Source: a virus. From it: a stretch of 33,348 bases of DNA. The translations under genes and the position numbers were made by a program. Below are positions 1 through 9,805 of the stretch, piece after piece. Location: positions 1 through 33,348 of the IMG/VR virus record IMGVR_UViG_3300045988_141923, one strand, 5' to 3'. Within the stretch, counting starts at the first letter, position 1; each line of letters begins with the position of its first letter. The notes under the pieces were generated by a model that worked only from the letters and a program-made list of their open reading frames with translations, searched no databases and had not been told where the DNA came from.

Positions 1-1
1 A

Positions 2-190
2 TTACATAGCACCATTTTTAACTTTCATTACTATGTCATCAATATCTGAATCTGTCATTTCAGCTTCATCTATCAAAGAAGAACATGCATCACATAATTC
101 GTTCCAATCATTAGTACTAGAATTTTCTATTTCTTCAATTAGTAATTCTTCTATTGAAGTTTTTTTATTAATTTTATTAACCATATGCAT
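2..190 (-). CDS. small acidic hypothetical protein (MHMVNKINKKTSIEELL...)
   Basis: ORF with RBS AGGAGGAGG directly before ATGCATATG; consensus-like promoter upstream. The track start at 232 lies upstream of the RBS. Confidence 0.6.
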   Translation of the reverse strand: MHMVNKINKKTSIEELLIEEIENSSTNDWNELCDACSSLIDEAEMTDSDIDDIVMKVKNGAM

Positions 191-285
191 CCTCCTCCTA
201 TCATTATATTTTTTAAACCCTTTAATTATCATAATATCACCTAAAATATATTATGAACAATAATATATAATATGATACTATAATT

Positions 286-314
286 ATTATAGCACAAAAT
301 TTACATAATATCAA
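286..314 (-). promoter_or_regulatory. sigma-A type promoter for the 2..190 gene
   Basis: Minus strand TTGATA (314-309), 17 nt spacer, TGC-TATAAT (291-286). Confidence 0.7.
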
Positions 315-387
315 ATATTTCTATTTGCAATGTAATATTATACCATTTTTTATATTTTTGTCAATGAAATTTTATAATTTTCTAAAA

Positions 388-545
388 TAAAAAAAGAGAC
401 CAGCTATTATCTCAACTGATCTCTACCTACATTCCCCCAAAAATCTTTAATTCTATAAAGATTGTTACTTAGTAGGTCGGCACCCCTACATCTCATTACA
501 GAACCATATAGGTCGTGATAGCTACCTTTCTATCCTTAAGTAACA
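388..545 (-). ncRNA. free-standing structured small RNA (~157 nt)
   Basis: Own promoter, no ORF, 7-bp closing stem GTTACTT/AAGTAAC (544-538 with 470-464), hairpins GATAG/CTATC, GTAGG/CCTAC and an 8-bp AATCTTTA/TAAAGATT, ending in a terminator with T tract. Confidence 0.75.
395..424 (-). terminator. intrinsic terminator of the small RNA
   Basis: Minus strand AGAGATCAG...CTGGTCTCT followed by TTTTTTT. Confidence 0.85.
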
Positions 546-550
546 ATATT

Positions 551-579
551 ATTATAGCACAATTTACATTTATTTGCAA
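551..579 (-). promoter_or_regulatory. promoter of the small RNA
   Basis: Minus strand TTGCAA (579-574), 17 nt, TGC-TATAAT (556-551). Confidence 0.8.
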
Positions 580-696
580 TGATAAAAAAACGATAAATTT
601 AGTCAAAAATCGACCTTTCAAAATCGCTTTTAAGCCTTTTTTATTTTCCAAGAATATACTTATATACCTTGATTTTTGGATGTTTTTGCTTATTTT

Positions 697-2208
697 TTAT
701 CTATAAACATTTTCTGAAACATAGCCATATCTATTTGTTGCTTTTACATAAATATAATTAATATTTCCTAAATCCTTTAATATTTTCACTCGTGTATTTG
801 GTAAATAATAATATCTTGTTCCAGTTAAGTTAGAATTAGAATATATTATTGTATTGCTTTTAAATCTTTTGTATTGCCCTGTTAGATTTACTCCTGATAC
901 TGTTGTTCCGTATGCTGAATTATCTACATAAGCATATCTGCCAGTTGCACTAATATAAACTCTATCTACGGTACTTGACACATTCTGTAATATCTTAACT
1001 TTTGTATTTTTTAAATATGTATATCTTGTACCTGTCAAATTTGAATTTGAATACAATGTAGTTGTTGATTTTAGTTTCTTATATTGCCCTACTGTATTTG
1101 GAACTTGTACGTTGGTATCTGTTAAGTAATCACTAGACACCCATTCATTTGTTCCAATATTACTCCAATTTGAACTTTCTTTGTAAACTGTTACTTTATC
1201 TCCGTTATATTTTCTGCCTACTATGCTGTAATTTGTGCTAGGTCCACTTCTTAAATTTAATGAAGTATTTACTTTTACATATCTTGTGTATGTTGCTGTT
1301 GTTACATCTGTACTATTCACTTCTGTACTGTTCTGTACACTTCTGTCATTTTTAAAAGCGAAGAAACCTGAATAATTTGCATATGCTCTAAATGTTTCTT
1401 TTTCTACATATACTGTATTTCCTTCAACTGTTGCCTTACCACGTCTCGTAGATAAGTTGAATTTACCTGAATACAAGTATGGGTCATATATCTTTAATCT
1501 ATCTCCACTATCACATTGTCCATTTTCGTTAGTATCTTCATAGCCATATATTAATATGAAGTGTCCTCCTGTTGTAAATAAACCGTTTCCACAAGCACTT
1601 ATTACCATATAGTTTTCTTCCAACAAGTCGCATACATCATTTAGTTTATATATTTCTTTATAACCTATGTCGAACACATCTGCTGTCCACCTAAATGCAC
1701 TCCAATATGTACCGTTATTAGCACTTCTAAATCCATACTTAACATATAAGTCTGCCATTTCTGGTGGTGTTATTGTACCTTTAATACTTGATACTACCAT
1801 GGCACTACATGTTGGTCCACATGCACTTGAACCCATTGTTTGTGAACTGTTTCCTGTTGAGCTATACATTTTATTTTTCCATCTACTATCTATTTGTGAA
1901 TAATATGTAAGTCCTGTATATTGTCCTAGTTGTACGTTTGGAAGTTCTGAACTTCCGTTATACGCAATTTCTCCTTGTAGTTCAAATCCTTCATCTTCTG
2001 TTTCTTGCCCTTCAAGCTTTTGTTCATCTTCTATATATGCTTCTGGTATTTCTGTTGTAGACTGGTTGTCCACTATATTGACTACTGTTTCTATACCTTC
2101 GCTTATTTTGTCTACATCTTCTTGTGAGTATTCTATTCCAAAAAATACTCCTGCTAATGCTAATATGATTGTTACAACTGCTGTAATTATTAGCTTCTTG
2201 TTTTCCAT
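697..2208 (-). CDS. lysin-like protein: N-terminal TM segment, C39-like cysteine peptidase domain, SH3 domain and C-terminal repeats
   Basis: YYSQIDSRWKNKMY...SACGPTCSAMV...GGHFILIYGY, then VNTSLNLRSGPSTNYSIVGR; two similar C-terminal repeats (TVGQYKKLKSTTTLYSNSNLTGTRY / LTGQYKRFKSNTIIYSNSNLTGTRY). Confidence 0.8.
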   Translation of the reverse strand: MENKKLIITAVVTIILALAGVFFGIEYSQEDVDKISEGIETVVNIVDNQSTTEIPEAYIEDEQKLEGQETEDEGFELQGEIAYNGSSELPNVQLGQYTGLTYYSQIDSRWKNKMYSSTGNSSQTMGSSACGPTCSAMVVSSIKGTITPPEMADLYVKYGFRSANNGTYWSAFRWTADVFDIGYKEIYKLNDVCDLLEENYMVISACGNGLFTTGGHFILIYGYEDTNENGQCDSGDRLKIYDPYLYSGKFNLSTRRGKATVEGNTVYVEKETFRAYANYSGFFAFKNDRSVQNSTEVNSTDVTTATYTRYVKVNTSLNLRSGPSTNYSIVGRKYNGDKVTVYKESSNWSNIGTNEWVSSDYLTDTNVQVPNTVGQYKKLKSTTTLYSNSNLTGTRYTYLKNTKVKILQNVSSTVDRVYISATGRYAYVDNSAYGTTVSGVNLTGQYKRFKSNTIIYSNSNLTGTRYYYLPNTRVKILKDLGNINYIYVKATNRYGYVSENVYR

Positions 2209-2438
2209 TATATTTTACCTCCCTTTGATTCTAATTCTAATATTGATAGTCTTGTTTCGTGGTCATTTAATTGCTCATGAATCTTATTTCTATCTTTTTG
2301 ACTAAACTTCATTTGTTCAGTTAACACCTCTATTGTTGTGTTTAATTTTGTTATTGTACTATTTAGTTTTATTATTACTGTGAAAATAGGCATCATTGAT
2401 ACTATGAAGGCTATTACTGTTGCTACTGTATTATCCAA
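2208..2438 (-). CDS. small holin-like / XhlA-like membrane protein (TTG start)
   Basis: N-terminal TM helix then coiled coil; start codon TTG after GGGGTGAG; TAATG overlap with the lysin. Confidence 0.6.
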   Translation of the reverse strand: MDNTVATVIAFIVSMMPIFTVIIKLNSTITKLNTTIEVLTEQMKFSQKDRNKIHEQLNDHETRLSILELESKGGKI

Positions 2439-2444
2439 CTTTTC

Positions 2445-2588
2445 TCACCCCTTTTGCTCATTTTCTAATTTTTCTATTCTTTTAATTAAATCTTGCATAA
2501 AGTAATTTTCTTTTTTTAGTTGTTCTATTTGTTCTTGTTGTTCTTGTATTGCTTTTGTTGCAGTTGCTAAAACCGATAATACATTTAT
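2445..2588 (-). CDS. short coiled-coil phage protein, apparent AUA start (NVLSVLATATKAIQEQQEQIEQLKKEN...)
   Basis: 47-codon ORF with GAAAGAGG 8 nt upstream of ATA; no in-frame ATG/GTG/TTG at the right position; resembles the C-terminus of the 3137..6850 protein. Confidence 0.5.
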   Translation of the reverse strand: MNVLSVLATATKAIQEQQEQIEQLKKENYFMQDLIKRIEKLENEQKG

Positions 2589-2606
2589 TTGCCAATCCTC
2601 TTTCTT

Positions 2607-3140
2607 TCAATCTATAAAATAAGATATATTTCCTAAATTTACCCAATTACCTTTCGTGTAGTTTCCTATATTAATACTTCCAGATGTTTCAATATACACA
2701 GGTTTTACTACATCAGATTCAGTTGCAATACTGTACATTGTCTTAAGAGGCTTTATTGAGCTATTAAGATTTAATAGTGCTGTAGCATTAGAAGAATTAT
2801 TCTTTATTAATCCTCTTAGAAATACTTGCTTTCCAATCTTCCTATATTGAGCAGGTGGATAATTTCCACCCAGATTTTCCCATCCATTACTTAATGTAAA
2901 ATTTACCCATCCTGTATCTGCAATTTTATCATTCAACACTTTCCCTTGTTTTGCAGATAAAAAACTCTTAGAATCTATGCTTGTTAGGTTGTCCACTATT
3001 GCATTCTCTATATTCGTTTCTAACGTGCTTATTGCAGTTTGTATATTAGTTTGCATTTGATTTAAATTAGTATCATTTATAGCTGGTTGACTTCCATTAT
3101 CAAATCCAATTTTAGTTAATATTGTTTTTACTAAACTCAT
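2607..3140 (-). CDS. tail fibre / baseplate-associated protein
   Basis: Position next to the tail-tip gene; AINDTNLNQMQTNIQTAISTLE motif and beta-rich tail-fibre-like C-terminus. Confidence 0.6.
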   Translation of the reverse strand: MSLVKTILTKIGFDNGSQPAINDTNLNQMQTNIQTAISTLETNIENAIVDNLTSIDSKSFLSAKQGKVLNDKIADTGWVNFTLSNGWENLGGNYPPAQYRKIGKQVFLRGLIKNNSSNATALLNLNSSIKPLKTMYSIATESDVVKPVYIETSGSINIGNYTKGNWVNLGNISYFID

Positions 3141-6100
3141 TTATCTTGTCCTCCTTCTAATTTTTCAACTCTTTGTTGCAACGCTTCTATTTGTTTTTGC
3201 TGTTCTTGTACTACTGTGTATAGTACAGATGTCATTGAATAAATATTAGCTCCATCATTTTTTTCACTTGTTATTTTTTCTGAATAGTTATAATCATCAC
3301 CTATGACAAAGCCTATATGTTTTTTATCTTTATCATCTTGTGTTTTTAAATTGTATTTGTATATATCTGTATTATTAAGTATTTCTTTTGCTTCTTTTAA
3401 TGTAAATTTTTCAAAATTCTTTTTGCTTTCTGCTTTTGAGGTTTGTGTTAGAGTTGGAGTTGTTATACCTGTACTACTCACTGATGTATAGGAATCGCTC
3501 GTAATCCATGTAGTCCCCGCACTTCCAGATTTTGCTCTCATAGTTATATAGCTTTCCAATGAGTTCATTAACTGTAGCGAAGTTCCAAATTTATTTATTT
3601 CTGAATTTACATAGTTATCTTCCCCATTTCTTACAATAAAAAAATCTGGTGCAAGTCCACTGTAATTATAATTATCATTTGGATTAGTTACCTTTAAATT
3701 TAATCCAGAGGGATCACCTGTATTTTCTCCCCCTCGTACATTTATTTTTGCATTAACACATTCCATATTCCCGTTTGTATCTACTTTGAAATTTCCATTG
3801 GCAGAAACCGTGCCGTTAATATTAATCCTATTAGCATCAATAGTAAGATCTTCTGCTGTTTGGTTAATCTTTGAAATAATTTCATTTTCATCCACCTTCT
3901 TGCGTACTACTTGGTTTATTCCTTCTGCAGTCTGTTCTATGCTAGAGTTCATTTCAACTTTAGTTGCAAATGCTTCTGTGTAATCACTTTTAATAACATA
4001 TTTAGCAGTGATTTCTGCAGTATAATTTAGTATCTTAATTGTGTTTGTACCTTCATTTAATAGAATACTAAATTCCCCTAGCTCTTCTACTATTGGTGTT
4101 GTCTTTATTGTTCCGTCTACATTTATCCTGCGGATTACTTTAGCTTGTCCTTCTTCTAATATATATTCATCGTATGTATTGCCATTTTTCCTTAATACGT
4201 CTATTATCCCTAGTTCATATTGCACTTCATTTACAAGTATCCTGCTATCTCCGTATGGATATAATGAATTACTTGGATATAATGTGTCACTAGGATATAA
4301 ATATTTAAAGACTTCATTGTTTCCTTTAATTTGTAATTTTAATAGATTTCCTTTTGCACAATTACTTAATACTATTGTTTTTGTTCCTGTTGTTGCTTGA
4401 GTTAAATTTGCTAATAAATTAATTCGTTGTGTTATTTCATCTGCTTTTTGTGTTATTTGAGAATCTGTTTGTGTTTTTGTATAATAATTATTATTTAGAT
4501 TATTTGCTGTATCTTTTGCGGTTTCATTTGCCGTATTTAATGCACTTGCTAAAACTGGTGTTGTATCTGTTGTTGTATTGTCTGACCAAGTAATATGAGA
4601 CCTCGTCCAAATATATTTTCCAGATACCCAAGGATCTTGAGTATTTTTCCAGGTTCCACCTGTTTGAGTTGTGTTCGAATCTGATAAATAATATTGGTCT
4701 TGTATTGATTTAATTCCTTTGCCATCTTTTCCTTTAATATTAGTTCCTTCTAGCGTAGGTCTACTGTCTTTTACGGGAGCTGTTTGAGAATAATTACCGC
4801 CTGTCCATGTATAACCTTCAGGTCTTATTGTCCAGCTACATGCGTAATCAGTTTTTATATAATATTTTCCTCCGCCTCTTAAATACACTACTGGAGTAGA
4901 AGAATATGTGAGTTGCATAAAACTTATTGGTGACACTGCACAGAATCTATAATTGTCAGAATAAATGATACATTCTGCATTTGTTGTTCCCCACCCAGAA
5001 CCTAAAGTTGCAAGTTCAAGATTAGCCGAAAACCCAGAATTATGGGTGCTCCAGCTTGGTTTTCCAGAAGAGCCTAACGTAGTATATATTTTAATATTTC
5101 TATATTCAGTCGTACCTAGATTTGAGCCTGTGACAGGATAATATTTATTTTCGTCATATAAAGTTGTATCTGTCAAATCTACCGTAACATTACTTTTCCA
5201 ATAATTTTCTCCATTTTCTCCTTGTCTAGAGATACTATAAGATGTTGATGTTGTGTTGTCTGTGTACGTTATAACAGTTTTGGTCCACAAAAATTGTCCT
5301 GCTAAAACATTTGGAATTGTTGTGCTCCATGTTCCTGTTGGTGCTTTTGTTCCAGATGTTCCTGTTTGATATGTTACAACAGTATTTAATATTCCTTTTC
5401 CATTTTCTCCATCTTTACCATCTGCGCCATCACTTCCACTTGCTCCGGTTTCTCCCTTGGCTCCTTGTATGCAGATTGGATTAGATGATGTTTTTGAACC
5501 GTCAGAATATGTTGTAACAGTCTTTTGCCACATATATTTTCCACTTTCCCACACCGGTGCTGTTGTACTCCAACCAGTTTCTGGTGCGTTTGTTGAACTA
5601 TCGCTTAACGCATATTGAACTTGTACTTTATTTACTGTTGTTTCTTTAAGAGAATTTATTTCTGTTTCTACTGAAGATACTTTTGTGGTTACTCCGTTTA
5701 TATCTTGCTCTACTTTAGTTATCTTTTTAGAATTTTCTGTTGTTTCTTTGGTTAGTTGAGTTATTTTTTTATTCTGTTTATCGACTAATATATATGCTTG
5801 ATCAATTCTTTTATCTGTGCTGTCAGCATATTTATATTCTGTTTCAGTTTCCTCTGTTTTATCTAAAAATAAGTTTTCTGTTAATCCATCATCTATGTTT
5901 ATTTCATCATTTAGCAAAGCTACTTTATATGTTACATTGCTTAATTTAAGATTAAACAAATCGCATGCCTCTAAAAATAAAATTCCTTTACTTTGAACAT
6001 CAAAAATATAAAATTCCAATGTTTTTAAATAGTTAAACATTTCATCTATATAATCAGCTCTATCATTTGTACTTAATAATTGACAATCTGCTATTCTATA

Positions 6101-6850
6101 TTCATGCAACCCATTCGCAGTAATGCTTGTATTGTCTTTTCTGTAAATATTATCGCTTTCTTCGGCTCTGCTAAATACTAATGAATTTATAAGATATTTT
6201 TCCCCTATCGTAACATTGTCCTCATCTAGATAACTCTCATCAATTGTCTCGTTTGTTTCTGTTAAATATAATAAATAAAAATTATCTCCCTTAAACATTA
6301 AGAAACTACATGTAATTGTTGCAATTTCATCTAAAGCATCTCTAAAACTATATTTTATTCCTGTATGTAAATTAGGATCTATCATTTTTTCAGAGTTAAT
6401 AAAAGTGGCTGGAATATTATCAGTATTCCAGCCTAATCTTTCACATACTTTTATTAGATAATTTCTAACAGTTATCTTTCCTGCAAAGCTCAAATCATAG
6501 TCAACCATAGCTTCTTTCATTTTGCTATATGCCAAAACTCTATATGAATTTGTATCTTCTTGTCTTTCACAACTTTGTACATAATAATTATTTAAATCAA
6601 TATATTTATAGTTCTTTTCATTAACTTTTACCCCTATTCTTCCGCTAATTTTAGTGCCTTTGGACATGAATACCTTTGAATCAAGTTCTATTTGATGCAT
6701 TATTGTTTTGAATAAGGGTGTAGTAAATGAAGGCTTTATATAATTTAAATTATCTGCATTAAAATCAGAATTATTTACTTTTAATTTTATATTAAATTGC
6801 CTGCCGTACGTTCTTAAGTCAATTTTAAAATTTTCTTGTACATTTATCAT
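3137..6850 (-). CDS. large tail-tip / minor structural protein with collagen-like GXY stretch and tail repeats
   Basis: 1237 aa; GAKGETGASGSDGADGKDGENGKG; repeated TWS...GKYMWQKTVTTYSDG modules; located after the distal tail gene. Confidence 0.8.
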   Translation of the reverse strand: MINVQENFKIDLRTYGRQFNIKLKVNNSDFNADNLNYIKPSFTTPLFKTIMHQIELDSKVFMSKGTKISGRIGVKVNEKNYKYIDLNNYYVQSCERQEDTNSYRVLAYSKMKEAMVDYDLSFAGKITVRNYLIKVCERLGWNTDNIPATFINSEKMIDPNLHTGIKYSFRDALDEIATITCSFLMFKGDNFYLLYLTETNETIDESYLDEDNVTIGEKYLINSLVFSRAEESDNIYRKDNTSITANGLHEYRIADCQLLSTNDRADYIDEMFNYLKTLEFYIFDVQSKGILFLEACDLFNLKLSNVTYKVALLNDEINIDDGLTENLFLDKTEETETEYKYADSTDKRIDQAYILVDKQNKKITQLTKETTENSKKITKVEQDINGVTTKVSSVETEINSLKETTVNKVQVQYALSDSSTNAPETGWSTTAPVWESGKYMWQKTVTTYSDGSKTSSNPICIQGAKGETGASGSDGADGKDGENGKGILNTVVTYQTGTSGTKAPTGTWSTTIPNVLAGQFLWTKTVITYTDNTTSTSYSISRQGENGENYWKSNVTVDLTDTTLYDENKYYPVTGSNLGTTEYRNIKIYTTLGSSGKPSWSTHNSGFSANLELATLGSGWGTTNAECIIYSDNYRFCAVSPISFMQLTYSSTPVVYLRGGGKYYIKTDYACSWTIRPEGYTWTGGNYSQTAPVKDSRPTLEGTNIKGKDGKGIKSIQDQYYLSDSNTTQTGGTWKNTQDPWVSGKYIWTRSHITWSDNTTTDTTPVLASALNTANETAKDTANNLNNNYYTKTQTDSQITQKADEITQRINLLANLTQATTGTKTIVLSNCAKGNLLKLQIKGNNEVFKYLYPSDTLYPSNSLYPYGDSRILVNEVQYELGIIDVLRKNGNTYDEYILEEGQAKVIRRINVDGTIKTTPIVEELGEFSILLNEGTNTIKILNYTAEITAKYVIKSDYTEAFATKVEMNSSIEQTAEGINQVVRKKVDENEIISKINQTAEDLTIDANRININGTVSANGNFKVDTNGNMECVNAKINVRGGENTGDPSGLNLKVTNPNDNYNYSGLAPDFFIVRNGEDNYVNSEINKFGTSLQLMNSLESYITMRAKSGSAGTTWITSDSYTSVSSTGITTPTLTQTSKAESKKNFEKFTLKEAKEILNNTDIYKYNLKTQDDKDKKHIGFVIGDDYNYSEKITSEKNDGANIYSMTSVLYTVVQEQQKQIEALQQRVEKLEGGQDK

Positions 6851-7230
6851 TCATAATACTCCCTTTTCTTGTTCGAAATCACTGCACTGCTATAACCTTC
6901 AATTTTCCCTAGAAGTGATTGATCATACTCCTGGTCATTTGAATAGCAAGACATATTTTGTATTTTTTTCTTCAAATCTGGGTTATAAAATGTCACTTTG
7001 TTTTCAGCCTTATTAAAAAGAGATAGGACTATGCCTATCTCTTCATCATTTAATTTTCTAAAAGTCATGGTTATTTTAGGATATATACCTTTCAATGTTC
7101 CAGAATTATCTCCTGACAGTGCTCTGCCTGTATCTTTACCCCATATTTTATGATAACCAAATTTAGCCTTTGTAATATATTGAGCCATTTTAATTCCATC
7201 TATTATTAAACTATCATTATCTATTAACAT
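6847..7230 (-). CDS. phage distal-tail-like protein
   Basis: Size and position between tape measure and tail tip; TFRKLNDEEIGIVLSLFNKAENKVTFYNPDL. Confidence 0.6.
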   Translation of the reverse strand: MLIDNDSLIIDGIKMAQYITKAKFGYHKIWGKDTGRALSGDNSGTLKGIYPKITMTFRKLNDEEIGIVLSLFNKAENKVTFYNPDLKKKIQNMSCYSNDQEYDQSLLGKIEGYSSAVISNKKREYYE

Positions 7231-7232
7231 GT

Positions 7233-9236
7233 CTACCTCCCATTTCTAGCGAAAGCTAGCTCTTGCTGTCTTTTAGCAATACCTCTTTGTATTACTCTTC
7301 CATCCATATTAATTATGTAACATCCACTATTGCCCCCAATTTTTGACGCAAGTTTATCTGCCAACATATCTAACCATTCCATATTGTTTTCTAGTGGTAC
7401 AACCGCTTCTCTTCCTGCTTCTCCTATAATTGCTTGCGTAGGTTGAGAAATAATACCACCTTTTGCAAGTCGCGGTAAATTAAAAGTACTTAAATAACCC
7501 AAATTAATTCCTGGCACATTATTTATTACTCCAATTAACCTATTAATTGACTTTATAGGAAAATTTAATATGCTTTCAATTGCTCTTAAAACTCCATTTA
7601 CAACAGCTTTAAATGTATTCGCTATAATGTTCCCTACTGTTTTTCCAACAGTGACTACAACATTTTTTATTTGATTCCAAACAGCAAAGAACACTCCTTT
7701 TATTCCTTCCCAAATACTTGTAAAGATTTTTTTTATTCCTTCCCAAGCCATTTTCCAATCGCCAGTAAATACACCTTTGATAAACATTATAAATCCATCA
7801 AATATTCCCTTTACCATTGTAAATATACTATCGAATAAATTTAATAAGTTTTGCAAGCTATTAACAAACATATCATATATATTTCCAATAGTGTCTCCAA
7901 ACATTTCATGGACCCAATCACTTTTACCTGTTAGCCAGTCAATTCCATTTTGTAAGAATGCCTTTATTTGCTCCCAGTACTTAACTATAGTTCCTACAAT
8001 TAATGTAATAGCTCCTGCAACAGCTAATGGGACACTACCTATTACTATTGCGAGTCCTAATAAGGCTACACCAATTCCTTGAATTATTTTTCCAAAATTC
8101 TCCCAAGATCCATCATTTAAATATGAAATTAAACTTTGGATTGTGTATACAATTCCTGATATTAGTACCCCTATTCCTAATGCTTTTATTCCATCTAAAC
8201 CTAATTTCCATGCTAAGAGTCCAACTGTAATTCCTGAAATAACCGATAAAATTAAATCTTTATTGTCTATAATCCATTTTAGCCATTCTGGTATTTCCCC
8301 TTGCATATTACTTAAATCCATACTCGGTGTTGCAATACCACTGCCTCCTGAAGAATCATTTGAATTGTCTGACAATACATTCATTTCGTCAAAGCCTTGC
8401 AATGATTTTTGTATTTCTTTAGCAGATTTTGCTGTTCCTCCTGCACTTGATTGCATTTTCTTAAATGCTTTTGCACTTGAATTTGCAAATATATTAATTC
8501 CGAACCAAGCTTGCATTATTGCATTTATATAACTTAAAGCTGTATACAATAACCTAGTAAGCCATTGAACTGCTGGTGCTACTATATTAGCAATGCAATA
8601 CCCCATGTATTGCAAGTCTGCTGACATCTGTGGATTGTATTGACTAACTAAATTAATCGCACTTCTTACAGCACTCCATGCTGTCCTAATTCCTACTACG
8701 GCTATAGCCATTTTTCCTATTTTAGATATTTGACCGGTTATGCTTTTACCTATTCCATCTATAGAGCTTCTAACGTTGTTGGCTTTTATTGATTCTATTT
8801 TTGATTTAAATTGTTGTATTTTTGCGTTATTTTCAGTTTGCTTTGCTTTTATCTTATCTAATTTACTATAAACTTTTTCTATTTTTGGACTTTGTTTATC
8901 TATTTCAGCAGTTGCTTGTGTGTATTTTTGTTTCATATCTGCAATTTGCGCTTTTATGTTTGCATATTCAGGAGTATCAACGGAAACAGCAAGAGCACTA
9001 TTATTTTTAAACATAGCCATCTTTTCTGCTTTTAATTCTTTTATTTTTTGCTTATATGAATCTGCTTTTGCCTGCAATTCTTTATAATTCTCTAATTCTT
9101 TTTGTAATAGATTTTGTTCTGTACCTGATTTTGAATTATCTTCTTGCAATTTTTTCACTTTATTTTCTAATTCTTCTATTCCTTTGTCTACATCTTTGTT
9201 ATCTATTTTAGTTTTAATTTTTAGGTAACCATCCAA
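7233..9236 (-). CDS. tail tape measure protein
   Basis: 667 aa, N-terminal coiled coil, hydrophobic helices, TMP-like C-terminus (IIGEAGREAVVPLENN). Confidence 0.9.
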   Translation of the reverse strand: MDGYLKIKTKIDNKDVDKGIEELENKVKKLQEDNSKSGTEQNLLQKELENYKELQAKADSYKQKIKELKAEKMAMFKNNSALAVSVDTPEYANIKAQIADMKQKYTQATAEIDKQSPKIEKVYSKLDKIKAKQTENNAKIQQFKSKIESIKANNVRSSIDGIGKSITGQISKIGKMAIAVVGIRTAWSAVRSAINLVSQYNPQMSADLQYMGYCIANIVAPAVQWLTRLLYTALSYINAIMQAWFGINIFANSSAKAFKKMQSSAGGTAKSAKEIQKSLQGFDEMNVLSDNSNDSSGGSGIATPSMDLSNMQGEIPEWLKWIIDNKDLILSVISGITVGLLAWKLGLDGIKALGIGVLISGIVYTIQSLISYLNDGSWENFGKIIQGIGVALLGLAIVIGSVPLAVAGAITLIVGTIVKYWEQIKAFLQNGIDWLTGKSDWVHEMFGDTIGNIYDMFVNSLQNLLNLFDSIFTMVKGIFDGFIMFIKGVFTGDWKMAWEGIKKIFTSIWEGIKGVFFAVWNQIKNVVVTVGKTVGNIIANTFKAVVNGVLRAIESILNFPIKSINRLIGVINNVPGINLGYLSTFNLPRLAKGGIISQPTQAIIGEAGREAVVPLENNMEWLDMLADKLASKIGGNSGCYIINMDGRVIQRGIAKRQQELAFARNGR

Positions 9237-9241
9237 CTACA

Positions 9242-9805
9242 TCACCTACCTTCTAGTTGCTCTTCGAAAAGTCTATCTAGTCGTAATTGCTCTGCTGTCT
9301 TGCTTGTATCTTTAATCTTTAAAGCTACTTGTTTTTTTTGTTCAATCCATCTTTCTCTTTCTTTGCTATCTTTTATTTGACTAATATCAAAATCCCTAAC
9401 AAACCTAACTCTATTAAATACGCATTTTTCAGTCAATCCACATAGCAAATCAAAAAACTGCCACCAGTGCATTTTTGTTTTTGATAAATCTATATTGTAA
9501 TCACTAAAAAAAGAAGCTTGTATATATCCCCAATCTTCTTCAAAAGACATATTTGCTTCTTTTTCTTCGCTATTATTCTCTTTCTTTATGTTTAAATATT
9601 TTGTAGCAATTTTTAGTAGTCCTTCCCAATCATCTGAATTACTCAAGCCTTTCTCCCCAAATAATAAATATATTATTGCCAATGCTCTTTCTTCTTCCGA
9701 AACATTGCTTTCAGCTACTTCATTACACTTCAATGCTACCCTAAAATCTGTATTTATTTTATATTTTTTATTATTAACTAATGCATATTCAACATAACTA
9801 TTCAT
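9242..9805 (-). CDS. phage Gp15-like protein (tail assembly)
   Basis: NKKYKINTDFRVALKCNEVAE... and WWQFFDLLCGL; position upstream of the tape measure gene. Confidence 0.75.
   Translation of the reverse strand: MNSYVEYALVNNKKYKINTDFRVALKCNEVAESNVSEEERALAIIYLLFGEKGLSNSDDWEGLLKIATKYLNIKKENNSEEKEANMSFEEDWGYIQASFFSDYNIDLSKTKMHWWQFFDLLCGLTEKCVFNRVRFVRDFDISQIKDSKERERWIEQKKQVALKIKDTSKTAEQLRLDRLFEEQLEGR

Noticed and set aside
1-700. Left attachment site (copy of the tRNA-Gly 3' end)
   Set aside because: I could not find a matching tRNA 3' segment by eye. The other prophage end is probably outside the window.
4041-4400. Plus-strand ORF antisense to the tail gene (and similar antisense ORFs at 7777, 8143, 12635, 19209, 21470, 22907)
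   Set aside because: Antisense artefacts of AT-rich coding sequence with low-complexity hydrophobic products.
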